From Candidatus Angelobacter sp. (lineage in GTDB: Bacteria; Acidobacteriota; Terriglobia; Terriglobales; Acidobacteriaceae), in assembly GCA_035939495.1 (NCBI GenBank), contig DASZFU010000022.1, positions 1 to 32,000 of the forward strand: DNA of 32,000 nucleotides, written 5' to 3'. The notes under the pieces were generated by a model. It made no database searches, was not told where the DNA came from, and saw only the letters and a list, made by a program, of their open reading frames with translations. Position numbers and translations under genes: made by a program. Below, piece after piece: positions 15,684 to 24,745 of this stretch (position 1 is its first letter; every line of letters begins with the position of its first letter).

Positions 15684-18116
15684 CTACTCGTACCTCAGCG
15701 CCACCATCGGATCTACCTTGGTGGCTGCGCGGGCGGGAACATAGCTCGCTGCCAGAGCGACGATCGCCAGCAGAACCGTGATTGCTGCAAAGATCGTCGG
15801 ATCCCAGGAAGCGACGCCAAACAGCAGGCTGCGCATCAGGTTTGCGACCAGCAATGCCGCGGCAATGCCAATCAACAGTCCCGGCACGATCAGGCGGACT
15901 CCTTGTGCCAGCACCATCTGCAGCACGTTTTTGCGCTGCGCGCCCAGGGCCATGCGTATGCCGATTTCCTGCGTGCGCTGGCTTACTGAATAGGCAACAA
16001 GTCCGTAGAGGCCGACCGTTCCTAACAGCAGTGCCAGGAATGCGAACGTGCCGGCCAGCACTGCAGGATAGCGGTGCAGAAACGCCGCCGGCGAACGCCG
16101 GATGCGGTCTTCCATCGTTTGTACTTCAAAGACGACGGCATCGGGATCAACCTGCCGGATGGCATTCTGCACCTGAGCGACCAGCGCATCCGGATGCGTT
16201 TCTGTGCGCACAATCAGGTTGAAGAACAAACGCGGTTGGGCTTCTTGTGGCGTATAGATGGCGGGGCGCGCGGGCACGTCCAGAGGCCCTTCTTTGATGT
16301 CGCGTATCACGCCGATCACCTGTCTCGGTTTTTCCTGGGTTGAATAAGTGAACCATATTTGCTGTTTGAGCGGGTCCAGGCCGGGCATGAACCTGTCAGC
16401 CAGCGTTTTGTTGATAATGACTCGCTGCGGGCCGGTGGCGTTGTCAGCCTCGGTAAACCAGCTTCCCTGCAGCAGCTCGACGCCCAGAGTCTGAAAATAT
16501 GTCCGGCTGACCGTCCGGCTGTTGGCTTCGCGTCCCTGCGGTGTTTCTGAGGGCAGGCCGACTACGCGGAGATTACTGGTATTGCCTCCGCCCGAGACCG
16601 GAAGAACGCTGCTGCTTCCCACCGACTTGACTCCGGGCAGCGCGTGTATGCGGTCCACCAAGTCCCGATAAGCCTGGAACTGTTGGGCGTCCTGTGGGAA
16701 GCGCGATTGGGACATCCCGACTCCCATCCCAAGCAGATTATGCTGATCAAATCCAGGATTGACGTTGAGCAACTGGAAGAGGCTCTTCACCAGCAGGCCT
16801 GAGCCTGCGAGCAGCACCATGGCTACGGCTACTTCTCCGATCACCAGGGCGGAAGCAAAGCGACGCCATGATCCTGAATGCGAGCTGCGCGAGCCCTCCT
16901 TCAGCCCGGCTTGCAGGTTTGCTCCCGCAGCCTGGAAGGCGGGCGCCAGCGCAAACATCACTCCGGTGATCACCGCCAGCAGAAAAGCAAAAAGGAGCAC
17001 GCTCACGTCAATGCTCATGTGCTTGAGATAGGGCATCGCGTCCAACTGGCGCGCTGGAATCATGCTGACGAAACCCTTGACCATCCAATGGGCCAGCAGC
17101 AGACCGAGCGTAGCGCCGGTCAAAGAGATGATCAGCCCTTCACTCAGCAACAGGCGTACCAGCCGAGCGCGGCTGGCGCCCAGGGCCGTGCGGATGGCCA
17201 TCTCGCCGCGCCGGGCCATGGCGCGCACCAGCAGCAGATTGGCGACGTTGGCGCAGGCAATGAGAAGCAGGAGCGCCACTGCCCCAAACAGCATAACCAG
17301 GATCGGCTTGATCTTTCCGACAATCACCTCGTTGAGTGGAACAACGACAGATCTCAGTTTGTCATTCGACTGCGGATACTGTTTCTCCAGGCGTTCAGCG
17401 ATCACGTTCATTGCCGCTGCGGCACTCTCGCGAGAAATGCCAGTCTTCAACCGGCCGACCACTTCCAGCCAATGGAGATTTCTGCGTTCCAGCAGTTGGC
17501 CGGTTGCGTGCAGCGTCACCCACACGTCAGGATCGCCTACAGGAGCAAAATGGAAATTCGCAGGCAATACGCCAACGATCGTATTGGGCTGGTCGTCGAT
17601 GTTCAGCACCTGGCCAATCACGTCTTTGCCGCCAAACCGCTGTTGCCACCAGCCATAGCTCAGCATGATGGTGCGGGGAGCCGTGGCCAGATCTTCGCCG
17701 GACCGGAAGTCCCGCCCCGAGATTGGCCGCACTCCCAGGGTTTCGAAAAAATTGTCGGTCACGGCCGCGGAAGGCAGCAGTTCCGGTGATCTCTCGCCCC
17801 GCAGCAGTACCTGGTTTCGCCCGTATGCGGCCAGCCCCTCAAACACCTGTTGCTGCGCTCGCCAGTCAAGAAAATTCGGGTAAGAGGCCTCAAATTGTGT
17901 GAAAACCTCCGCCTGCCGCGTGTCATACACCTGCATCAGTCGCGATGAATCGCGGTAAGGCAAAGGACGTATCAACGCCGCATCCACAAAGGTGAAGATG
18001 GCGACGTTGGCGGCGATCCCCAGCACCAGCGTGATCAGTGCAATCAAGGTGAATCGCGGCGATTTAATCAGCGTGCGCAGTTCGTAGCGGAGGTCCTGCA
18101 GGATCGCTTCCATCAT
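15684..18116 (-). CDS. ADOP-type duplicated MacB/FtsX-like ABC permease (TIGR03434-like), no adjacent ATPase
   Basis: Canonical N-terminus MMEAILQDLRYELRTLIKSPRFTL and C-terminus KVDPMVALRYE. There are two FtsX-type 4-TM modules, each preceded by a large periplasmic domain. I start at the ATG at 18116 (AAGGAG 8 nt upstream) rather than at the 18188 ORF boundary. Confidence 0.9.
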   Translation of the reverse strand: MMEAILQDLRYELRTLIKSPRFTLIALITLVLGIAANVAIFTFVDAALIRPLPYRDSSRLMQVYDTRQAEVFTQFEASYPNFLDWRAQQQVFEGLAAYGRNQVLLRGERSPELLPSAAVTDNFFETLGVRPISGRDFRSGEDLATAPRTIMLSYGWWQQRFGGKDVIGQVLNIDDQPNTIVGVLPANFHFAPVGDPDVWVTLHATGQLLERRNLHWLEVVGRLKTGISRESAAAAMNVIAERLEKQYPQSNDKLRSVVVPLNEVIVGKIKPILVMLFGAVALLLLIACANVANLLLVRAMARRGEMAIRTALGASRARLVRLLLSEGLIISLTGATLGLLLAHWMVKGFVSMIPARQLDAMPYLKHMSIDVSVLLFAFLLAVITGVMFALAPAFQAAGANLQAGLKEGSRSSHSGSWRRFASALVIGEVAVAMVLLAGSGLLVKSLFQLLNVNPGFDQHNLLGMGVGMSQSRFPQDAQQFQAYRDLVDRIHALPGVKSVGSSSVLPVSGGGNTSNLRVVGLPSETPQGREANSRTVSRTYFQTLGVELLQGSWFTEADNATGPQRVIINKTLADRFMPGLDPLKQQIWFTYSTQEKPRQVIGVIRDIKEGPLDVPARPAIYTPQEAQPRLFFNLIVRTETHPDALVAQVQNAIRQVDPDAVVFEVQTMEDRIRRSPAAFLHRYPAVLAGTFAFLALLLGTVGLYGLVAYSVSQRTQEIGIRMALGAQRKNVLQMVLAQGVRLIVPGLLIGIAAALLVANLMRSLLFGVASWDPTIFAAITVLLAIVALAASYVPARAATKVDPMVALRYE

Positions 18117-18384
18117 GATGCTTACTCCTTGAGTGGAAAGACTGAGGTGCGGCCTTAACCTGTACCGCAATAACGGAAAAGGTTCCAAGCCGCAATTTTA
18201 GACGCAGTAGCAGCTCAGACGTTTCATGAGGTGCGAAAACCCGCTTTGGCAGGTACCCGGCAACACAAATGTCCTGCTACCAGGGCACAGAGAGATTTTT
18301 TGCCAGCCCACGCTCCACTCGCGGCGAAGACCGCAAGCCTCCCCTTTCTGAGGCAGTCGAATCGTTCGGGGGGACCAGCGCTGC

Positions 18385-20355
18385 TCATTTGCTGGTTGCA
18401 GTTTGTTGGGCTACCGTGTCATGTTCAAACAAGCGGTATCGAACGCCGATGCGGGCGTAAATTCCCGGATTGGGAAATCCAAGGAACTCATGATACCGGC
18501 GATTCAGCAGATTATCGATCACTACATAGGTCGAGAGCTTTTTCGACATTTCATAGCTCAGTACGGCGTTGGTCGTGGAAAAGCCTCCGACAGAATCAAT
18601 GAACGGCGCAGGAACCTGAAAATCGAAGCGGCGGCCCATCCAGCGCGTGTTGGCCTGCGCGTGTAGTTTGTGCGTAACTGCACAGTCTGCGGAAATACCA
18701 CCTTCCCAATGGGGAACGTCACGCAACGGTTCCCTGGTGCCAAAGAGCTTCCAGTCAAGATAAGCGAGGTCCCCGCTCAATCGAAGCCGCGAATGCAGGA
18801 TGGAACTGAGAAAAAACTCCGCGCCTTGTGTATGCGCATTGCTGCGATTTACCAGCTTGAATCCGGTGGCGCTGAAGTCGATCAGGTCAGTCAGCGAATT
18901 CCAGAAGTAAGTGACGGAGGCGCGGGCGTGCATGCGTTCAAATTTCTGCTCGATGCCGAGATCGTAGCTTGCGCTACGCTCCGGCCGGAGCGCCGGATTG
19001 CCAACACTAGGATCGCCTAGCGCAAACATCGACGGGAGTTTGTAGGCTGAAGCCCAACTCGTCTTTAAGGTCGTTTTCGAACCAAACATCCTGATGTTGG
19101 CGCCCAATCTGGTAGCAGGATGCGCATTGAACCCCGCGCTCTTGTTCACTCCTGTTCCGGCAGTCGCCGTCAAGCGGCCCGACGCAAACACAATTTCTCC
19201 ATCGCCCTCAAAGGCCGGGCGGTCTAAATGGAATCGCGAAGGAAACCTGCCGGCCAACAGATCATTGTTGGTTCCATTTTCGTCGATGAAACCAAAATTG
19301 AGCCGCCCTGACAACTTGGAGGTAAATAAGAACTGGTTGGAAAACCGGGCCTGGGTGCGGCGAAACTCCGCGGTCTCTTCCTGCGAAGGCAATGACTTGA
19401 ATGATGGATGAACCTTGTCAAGCACTGCGGGAATTGAAGCTCTGGCTTCCCGCTGGAAGTAGTTCGCGTCCAGGCTATAGAGCCAGAGATGTTCAACCTG
19501 GTGATGAAATTCCGTGTCGATGGCAATTCCGGTGGAATGCTGGCGTTGCGGAATTCGCAGAATCGAAAGATCCGGCCCGCCGCCGTTTTCAGGAAACGAC
19601 GAATCCTGATCGCGCTGATAACGGGCATGAGCGAGCACGACTTTGTTGGATTCAATTTCATGCCTGAAATCTGCGGCCACCGTAGCCAGCGAAAACTCGT
19701 CGGACAGCACCTGTTGGGAAAGGTTCAGATATGAAGCGGCCAGTCCGTAGCTGCTGTGCCGGCTGTTGCCTCGCAAATCGACTCCCAGCCTGCCGGTGCC
19801 AAAGTTCCCGCCTTCAATATCCAGCACGCCACTGGGTTTGGCTGTCTCAGTTCGGGAGACGATATTGATCACTCCACTTACCGCTTCCGACCCGTAGATG
19901 GACGAAAGCGGCCCCCGCATGATCTCGACGCGTTCTATGTTATCGGTGCTGATGCTGGAAAGATCAACCGAGCCGCCCAGCACGTTGCTGATGTCGTTGA
20001 CGGGAGTACCGTCGACCAGAATCAGGGTGAAGTTAGGTTTGCCTCCGCGAATCGTGCCCGAGGCCAGGCTTCCACGGCTGCCATTCTGTGCTACATGCAG
20101 GAAAGGAACATCACGCAACAAATCGGCGAAATCCGATGCATGTTTCTGCTCAATTTCCTCGCGGGTCAGCACTACCAGCGAGGCTGAAGAAGCAGATTCC
20201 GGCACTCCTTCGCCTGTGACCTCAATGACAACCGGCGGCGCCTCCGGCGCAATAGCCGGAGCCGTGCCTGAAGTCTGAGCGTTCGCGGCGAGAGTCGCCA
20301 GCAACACGAGCAAACCAAGCAATCCAATTGCGGTTGGAAAATAGTTGCGTCGCAA
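18385..20355 (-). CDS. TonB-dependent outer-membrane receptor (small, BtuB-sized, 656 aa)
   Basis: Signal peptide (LLGLLVLLATLAANAQ). The plug region reads DLLRDVPFLHVAQNGSRGSLASGTIRGG...IERVEIMRGPLSSIYGSEAVSGVINIVSR. The beta-barrel C-terminus reads GIYARIGVRYRLF. It uses a TTG start, 12 nt after the upstream stop. Confidence 0.9.
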   Translation of the reverse strand: MRRNYFPTAIGLLGLLVLLATLAANAQTSGTAPAIAPEAPPVVIEVTGEGVPESASSASLVVLTREEIEQKHASDFADLLRDVPFLHVAQNGSRGSLASGTIRGGKPNFTLILVDGTPVNDISNVLGGSVDLSSISTDNIERVEIMRGPLSSIYGSEAVSGVINIVSRTETAKPSGVLDIEGGNFGTGRLGVDLRGNSRHSSYGLAASYLNLSQQVLSDEFSLATVAADFRHEIESNKVVLAHARYQRDQDSSFPENGGGPDLSILRIPQRQHSTGIAIDTEFHHQVEHLWLYSLDANYFQREARASIPAVLDKVHPSFKSLPSQEETAEFRRTQARFSNQFLFTSKLSGRLNFGFIDENGTNNDLLAGRFPSRFHLDRPAFEGDGEIVFASGRLTATAGTGVNKSAGFNAHPATRLGANIRMFGSKTTLKTSWASAYKLPSMFALGDPSVGNPALRPERSASYDLGIEQKFERMHARASVTYFWNSLTDLIDFSATGFKLVNRSNAHTQGAEFFLSSILHSRLRLSGDLAYLDWKLFGTREPLRDVPHWEGGISADCAVTHKLHAQANTRWMGRRFDFQVPAPFIDSVGGFSTTNAVLSYEMSKKLSTYVVIDNLLNRRYHEFLGFPNPGIYARIGVRYRLFEHDTVAQQTATSK

Positions 20356-20367
20356 GGGCCTGTACCA

Positions 20368-21423
20368 CTATGCCGGCATACCGCCGGAGGTGTCTACATA
20401 TTCGTAGCTTGGGCCGACGGTAAGACCACCGCCAGTCCCGGCGTCTGTCTCCATAAGCGATACGGCGAAAACGCGGAGGTCGTACATCATCCCGATCGCG
20501 GCGTTGAGCTGCTGCGCGTGGCCATTGAATGTCTCGTGCAGCGAATTCAATAGTGTCGAGTAGCTGTAGGCGAATCGTTCGATACGGGTTCGCGCCTGCG
20601 TCCCTTGTGGAAAATCGGCGATCTTGCAGTTGGCCTTCAGGGGCCAGACACCCGCTGGATCGAAAAGTACGGCTTCACCCGCGTAGGCAAACCCGGTTGG
20701 TGTACGGACGATGCGGCGCCCATTCGCGATTTCGCCGAACTTATAGTAGTGCGCTGGGTCGTGCGCTGACTGGAATGGTGACGTCGCAGTACCCTCGCCT
20801 TCCGTCTTGATGATCTCGATGGCCTTGCACGCGCTCTCCGGGCCGGTGATGGGGAAAAGCTTAGAGGGCGGAAACCAGTGATGGTTGATCACCTGCGGCG
20901 GAGCGGTTTTCTTCACGAAGATCGACGGCCCCAACTCCAGAATCTGTTTCTCGATCGCATCGTAGAACTGGCCAATGGTGGCGTACGAGGGCTCCGCGGC
21001 TGCGCGAGCGAGCAGCGGCGGCTGGATATGGATCGGATCCTCTGGTTCCTCGATGGCCATGAAGGTGTCTTCGACGAGCGGAATCGAAAAGGCCTCGATG
21101 CCGACGATCAGGTCGCCGATGCTCATCGGCAACGGTCCGGGATAGTCCGGCACGAAGCCCTTCTTGTTGATCTCGGGCGTACCACCGATCGCGATGAGGA
21201 TATTGGCGGCAATCGTCATGTGCAGCATCTCTTCCACCACGATGGAGCGGATGAGCGCCGCGATCGTATGATTCACGCCCGGCTTAAGCGAGAACATCGC
21301 GGTGAGGTAGGGCGGAATAGTGCTGTGCTCCAGCTTGACGGCTGCCTGGAGGTATCTGTGCAGTTCGGCGGGCGAGCTGGCCGAGCGGATTTCGGTGAGG
21401 ATCTGCGGGTCGAGCTTGATCAT
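20368..21423 (-). CDS. Ferritin-like (four-helix-bundle, ExxH) protein; resembles the PF12902 / VioB-N-terminal-type family
   Basis: Motifs AAVKLEHSTIPPYLTAMFSL, SIVVEEMLHMTIAANILIAIGGTP and DPAHYYKFGEI. No signal peptide. Its ATG overlaps the upstream stop (ATGA at 21420-21423). The family name is recalled from memory, not searched. Confidence 0.75.
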   Translation of the reverse strand: MIKLDPQILTEIRSASSPAELHRYLQAAVKLEHSTIPPYLTAMFSLKPGVNHTIAALIRSIVVEEMLHMTIAANILIAIGGTPEINKKGFVPDYPGPLPMSIGDLIVGIEAFSIPLVEDTFMAIEEPEDPIHIQPPLLARAAAEPSYATIGQFYDAIEKQILELGPSIFVKKTAPPQVINHHWFPPSKLFPITGPESACKAIEIIKTEGEGTATSPFQSAHDPAHYYKFGEIANGRRIVRTPTGFAYAGEAVLFDPAGVWPLKANCKIADFPQGTQARTRIERFAYSYSTLLNSLHETFNGHAQQLNAAIGMMYDLRVFAVSLMETDAGTGGGLTVGPSYEYVDTSGGMPA

Positions 21424-23318
21424 TCGGAAGAGCCTTTCTGTCGGAGGGGAGCAATTCTGCCGCGCTTCTCCAGGTTGAGGAGGACAGCGGTCTTGCCCGC
21501 GGCCTGCTCTGGCAAAACTTCCGGGATCGAGGCGGCTGCTGCTTCGTCCACGGCGGAGGGAGGCGTCACCTCAGGCGATTGCGACGGCGTACCCAGCGGT
21601 GGAAGGCCGTCCGGCCCTCGTGTGCCGAACCATTTGAGGATGGTGGCACGATCACCGGCGCCGAGATCACGCGTTACAGGCATGTGATTGGGGTCTTCGA
21701 TGGGCAGCGAGAAGGCAAGCTCCAGGATACGGATGCGTTGCACCACGTCGTGATAATCGCTCAGGTTCACCACGTAGCGTCCCATGATGGGGTAAAGGTT
21801 ACCGAATTGTGTGAAGAGCTGCTGAATGTCGCGATACCAGGTAGGCGTCTCTGGCGGCTCTTTCTTGCTGTAGGCAAGGATGCTGATATAGTTCATCGGA
21901 TTGGAGACGTAGCCCGCAGGCTGCGATGCCAACTGGTATCCGATTCCGTAGAGCTGGCTACTAAGATAGCCGCGCGGCATTCCAGGGCCTTCAGGAGACG
22001 CGGTAATCGCCACGCTCGCATGGCCCTTGTCGTTGGCCGTCACACTGGTGGGCCACTGCACGGCATGGGCCGGCGTCGCGATATCCGGGATAGCCGCGGT
22101 CGGGCGCGTCACAGGCGAGACGGTAGCGCCGCCGCCGGAGCCGCCCATAAAACCCTGGGTAGCGCTCAGGCTGATCGTGGCTTTGGAAATCGGCACACCG
22201 AAACGGTCGGCGTAAAACTCGATGTGTTGTGTTTGGCCGGGATCGATGCGATAGACGAAATTGTCAGCGCGCACGTATTGGCCGTCGATGGATTCCTGCA
22301 GGCGCACGGTATAGCCACCCGCAGCGGCGGGCGAAACCACGACCAGCGGGTTGGCCGTGATCAGTTGGCGCGCTTGGGCGTTGCCCGCGAGATCGAAATC
22401 CATCACGCCGGCAGTCCGGCTATACCAGCCATCGGTAAGATACGGCACTTCCCCGATGATGACCAGCTGATCGGCGGTGACGGCCGATAGGGCTGCGGAC
22501 GGATTGGTGGTCAACACACCGAGGTAGATCTGGCCGACATTCTGGAGGCCAATGTTAGCGGTTTCGATCGGGAAGCTATTCCCAAAATCCGCAGTAACAG
22601 TATTGCCGTCGCCTGAGACCTTGGCCTGCATGTTGCCCATGCCGCCGGACGGCACCGGCCAGTTTCCGCTGAAGATGAATTGCCGGCCGCGAACGAATTG
22701 TTTGGGCTCGCCCTGAAAGTATGGGCCGATCGTGCCCACCACATGTCCCATTGTGTAGCGAGGAATCGTGCTGTCGCGGCCGTAGCCGAAGAGATTGAAG
22801 TCGATCGAGAGCTGGTCGTCCTGCGTGACGGATTTCAGCGACTGGAGGAGAGGAAAGCGTGAGATGTCAAACCACTGCACGCCCTCGAGCACCGATTGAT
22901 AGGCCGCCGCCAGTTTCTGGTCCATGGGCACGCCCTTCTGCTGGCGCAGCCACAGATTGATGAACACGGCAGGCTTGAATTCACCCTGCACCAGGGTCTT
23001 GCCCGCGCCGTCGACCAAACGAATCTGCATGCCCCATATCTGCGAGACCATTTGCTGCTGCGGGTCGAGATCGACCAGCTTACCGGGCGCGCGCTCGGCG
23101 GCGTTCTGAACCGTAATGCCGTCGAGAGAGGTCACCGCGCAATCGAGAAAGCGGAAAACACCAGTGCCTTCCGGATTCCAACTGCCATTCTGGTTAAGCT
23201 GCTGATACTCGGGCACGAACGATGCGTTCTGGTAGAAGCGGACATCATTGTTAATGGTCGAGACATCGGCCTGAAACCAGCCGCGGAAATGCAGACGAGG
23301 CGAATCGAGATAGCTCAT
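21420..23318 (-). CDS. Large conserved-looking protein of unknown function (632 aa), first gene of the operon
   Basis: Uninterrupted 632-codon ORF with protein-like composition. The N-terminus is MSYLDSPRLHFRGWFQADVSTINNDVRFYQN. No signal peptide or TM segment. The C-terminal tail is Pro/Ala-rich. No catalytic motif recognised. Confidence 0.8.
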   Translation of the reverse strand: MSYLDSPRLHFRGWFQADVSTINNDVRFYQNASFVPEYQQLNQNGSWNPEGTGVFRFLDCAVTSLDGITVQNAAERAPGKLVDLDPQQQMVSQIWGMQIRLVDGAGKTLVQGEFKPAVFINLWLRQQKGVPMDQKLAAAYQSVLEGVQWFDISRFPLLQSLKSVTQDDQLSIDFNLFGYGRDSTIPRYTMGHVVGTIGPYFQGEPKQFVRGRQFIFSGNWPVPSGGMGNMQAKVSGDGNTVTADFGNSFPIETANIGLQNVGQIYLGVLTTNPSAALSAVTADQLVIIGEVPYLTDGWYSRTAGVMDFDLAGNAQARQLITANPLVVVSPAAAGGYTVRLQESIDGQYVRADNFVYRIDPGQTQHIEFYADRFGVPISKATISLSATQGFMGGSGGGATVSPVTRPTAAIPDIATPAHAVQWPTSVTANDKGHASVAITASPEGPGMPRGYLSSQLYGIGYQLASQPAGYVSNPMNYISILAYSKKEPPETPTWYRDIQQLFTQFGNLYPIMGRYVVNLSDYHDVVQRIRILELAFSLPIEDPNHMPVTRDLGAGDRATILKWFGTRGPDGLPPLGTPSQSPEVTPPSAVDEAAAASIPEVLPEQAAGKTAVLLNLEKRGRIAPLRQKGSSE

Positions 23319-23525
23319 GAGTTAGTTAGCTAAAACTCTGGAAAGCATACGTGATGTGTGAAAGGTTAACAATATTTTTTAACGTCGGCGATATTTGGGA
23401 CGGCGGTGGTATCCGAGGATGGGCTTGGCCGTCTTCATGTCCAAGATAAAACTTTTAAAAGTGAGCAATATTGAACAGTTTGGCTGCCCGCAGAAACATT
23501 ACTATTTCATTTTTGGAACTTGTCT

Positions 23526-23981
23526 ATGGATAGAAACCAATTGGCATCTGGCGCGAAGCTTCCTAATGGTCATGGTATGCTTCTCTGTATTGACGATGAT
23601 ATTATCATTCTCGAGGTGCTAAAGGCCGTTCTTGAAAGATATGGCTATTCCGTTATCGCCACCTCCGGTGGCCCTCAAGGGTTGACGATTCTCGCCGAGT
23701 ATGCGATTGATCTGGTGATCCTCGACTGGGAAATGCCTGAAATGAATGGGCACGAAACTGCATCGGAGATCAGACGAATGAAACCAGAAATGCCTATTAT
23801 TATCAGTTCGGGATCTCAAATGCCAGAGGACACGTTCAAAATAGCAGACGCTTTTGTCCCCAAGGGAATCGAGTTCGAAGTTCTCTTGACGGCGATATCC
23901 GATCTCCTTGGCCGGGCGGCGACTGAAGGGCTGCTCGCACCAGAAAAGACAAAAGCAGCGCATCAAGAACGCTTTTCGTAA
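23526..23981 (+). CDS. Stand-alone CheY-like response-regulator receiver protein
   Basis: The receiver signature is complete: LLCIDDD (acidic pocket), DLVILDWEMPEMNG (phospho-acceptor Asp), IIISSGS, and AFVPKG (conserved Lys). There is no output domain. Confidence 0.8.
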   Translation: MDRNQLASGAKLPNGHGMLLCIDDDIIILEVLKAVLERYGYSVIATSGGPQGLTILAEYAIDLVILDWEMPEMNGHETASEIRRMKPEMPIIISSGSQMPEDTFKIADAFVPKGIEFEVLLTAISDLLGRAATEGLLAPEKTKAAHQERFS

Positions 23982-23983
23982 GC

Positions 23984-24679
23984 ATGACACAGGCAAGACA
24001 TCTCGCTTTCCCGGCGAAACGAATTTCCGCAAAGAAAATACCGCCTTTTGATCCCAATGAGTTTCTAGCACATGCCGGTGTGGGTAGGACGATTGTGGTT
24101 CTGAAAAAGAAGCAGATTATCTTTTCGCAAGGAGACGCGGCAGAAGAGGTCTTCTATATCCAGCTCGGCAGGGTCAGGCTCACGGTGCTCTCCTCCAGTG
24201 GAAAGGAAGCCACCATCGCCTTGCTGGGCGCCGGAGACTTCCTGGGCGAGGAGTGTGTCGCGAACTCCTATGCGTTGCGCATGAGCACCGCCACGGCCAT
24301 TACTGAGGGAACGGTACTCAAGATCGACAGAAAAGAGATGATGCGTGCCCTTCGTGAGCAACATGCCCTCTCCCACCTTTTCGTTTCTTATCTGCTAGCC
24401 CGTAATGCCCGCATTCAGGAAGATCTCGTGGACCAGCTTTTCAACTCTGGTGAAAAGCGCCTGGCCCGCGCCTTGTTGCTGCTCGCCCAGTTCGGCAAGG
24501 ACAACACATCGGAGGCGGTGATTCCCAAAATTAGCCAGGAAACACTGGCAGAGATGGTGGGAACAACCCGTTCCCGGGTGAACTTCTTTATGAATCGCTT
24601 CCGCAAATTGGGGTTTATCAGATACAACGGCGGCGTAACTGTGCACAGCTCCCTGCTGAACATCATCCTCCACGAGTGA
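23984..24679 (+). CDS. Crp/Fnr-family transcriptional regulator
   Basis: cNMP-binding beta-roll (IFSQGDAAEEVFYIQLGRVRLTVLSSSGKEATIALLGAGDFLGE) plus a C-terminal HTH (ISQETLAEMVGTTRSRVNFFMNRFRKLGFI). There is no N-terminal Cys cluster of the FNR type. It starts 2 nt after the receiver gene stop. Confidence 0.85.
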   Translation: MTQARHLAFPAKRISAKKIPPFDPNEFLAHAGVGRTIVVLKKKQIIFSQGDAAEEVFYIQLGRVRLTVLSSSGKEATIALLGAGDFLGEECVANSYALRMSTATAITEGTVLKIDRKEMMRALREQHALSHLFVSYLLARNARIQEDLVDQLFNSGEKRLARALLLLAQFGKDNTSEAVIPKISQETLAEMVGTTRSRVNFFMNRFRKLGFIRYNGGVTVHSSLLNIILHE

Positions 24680-24745
24680 CCTTGGAAAATCGCGGAACCT
24701 GGGCCAAAGTCGTCCAAGGCCTTCGGGAAATACCTGATGAAGGCT

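Noticed and set aside
20356-20367. Cobalamin riboswitch or other leader upstream of the BtuB-sized TonB receptor.
   Set aside because: Only 12 nt separate the receptor from the upstream gene, which leaves no room for a leader RNA.
20368-23318. Encapsulin-type nanocompartment (ferritin-like cargo next to a shell gene).
   Set aside because: The neighbouring 632-aa protein is about twice the size of HK97-fold encapsulin shells. Gene order is also reversed relative to typical cargo-then-shell operons. The 351-aa ferritin-like protein is much larger than encapsulated Flp cargo and shows no obvious C-terminal targeting peptide.
23357-23372. CRP-like site tgtgaaaggttaacaa in the divergent promoter region of the unknown operon.
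   Set aside because: Only one half-site (TGTGA) matches, and the second half is aacaa rather than tcaca. This is too weak to call without a position weight matrix or binding data. It is mentioned only as a place to test.
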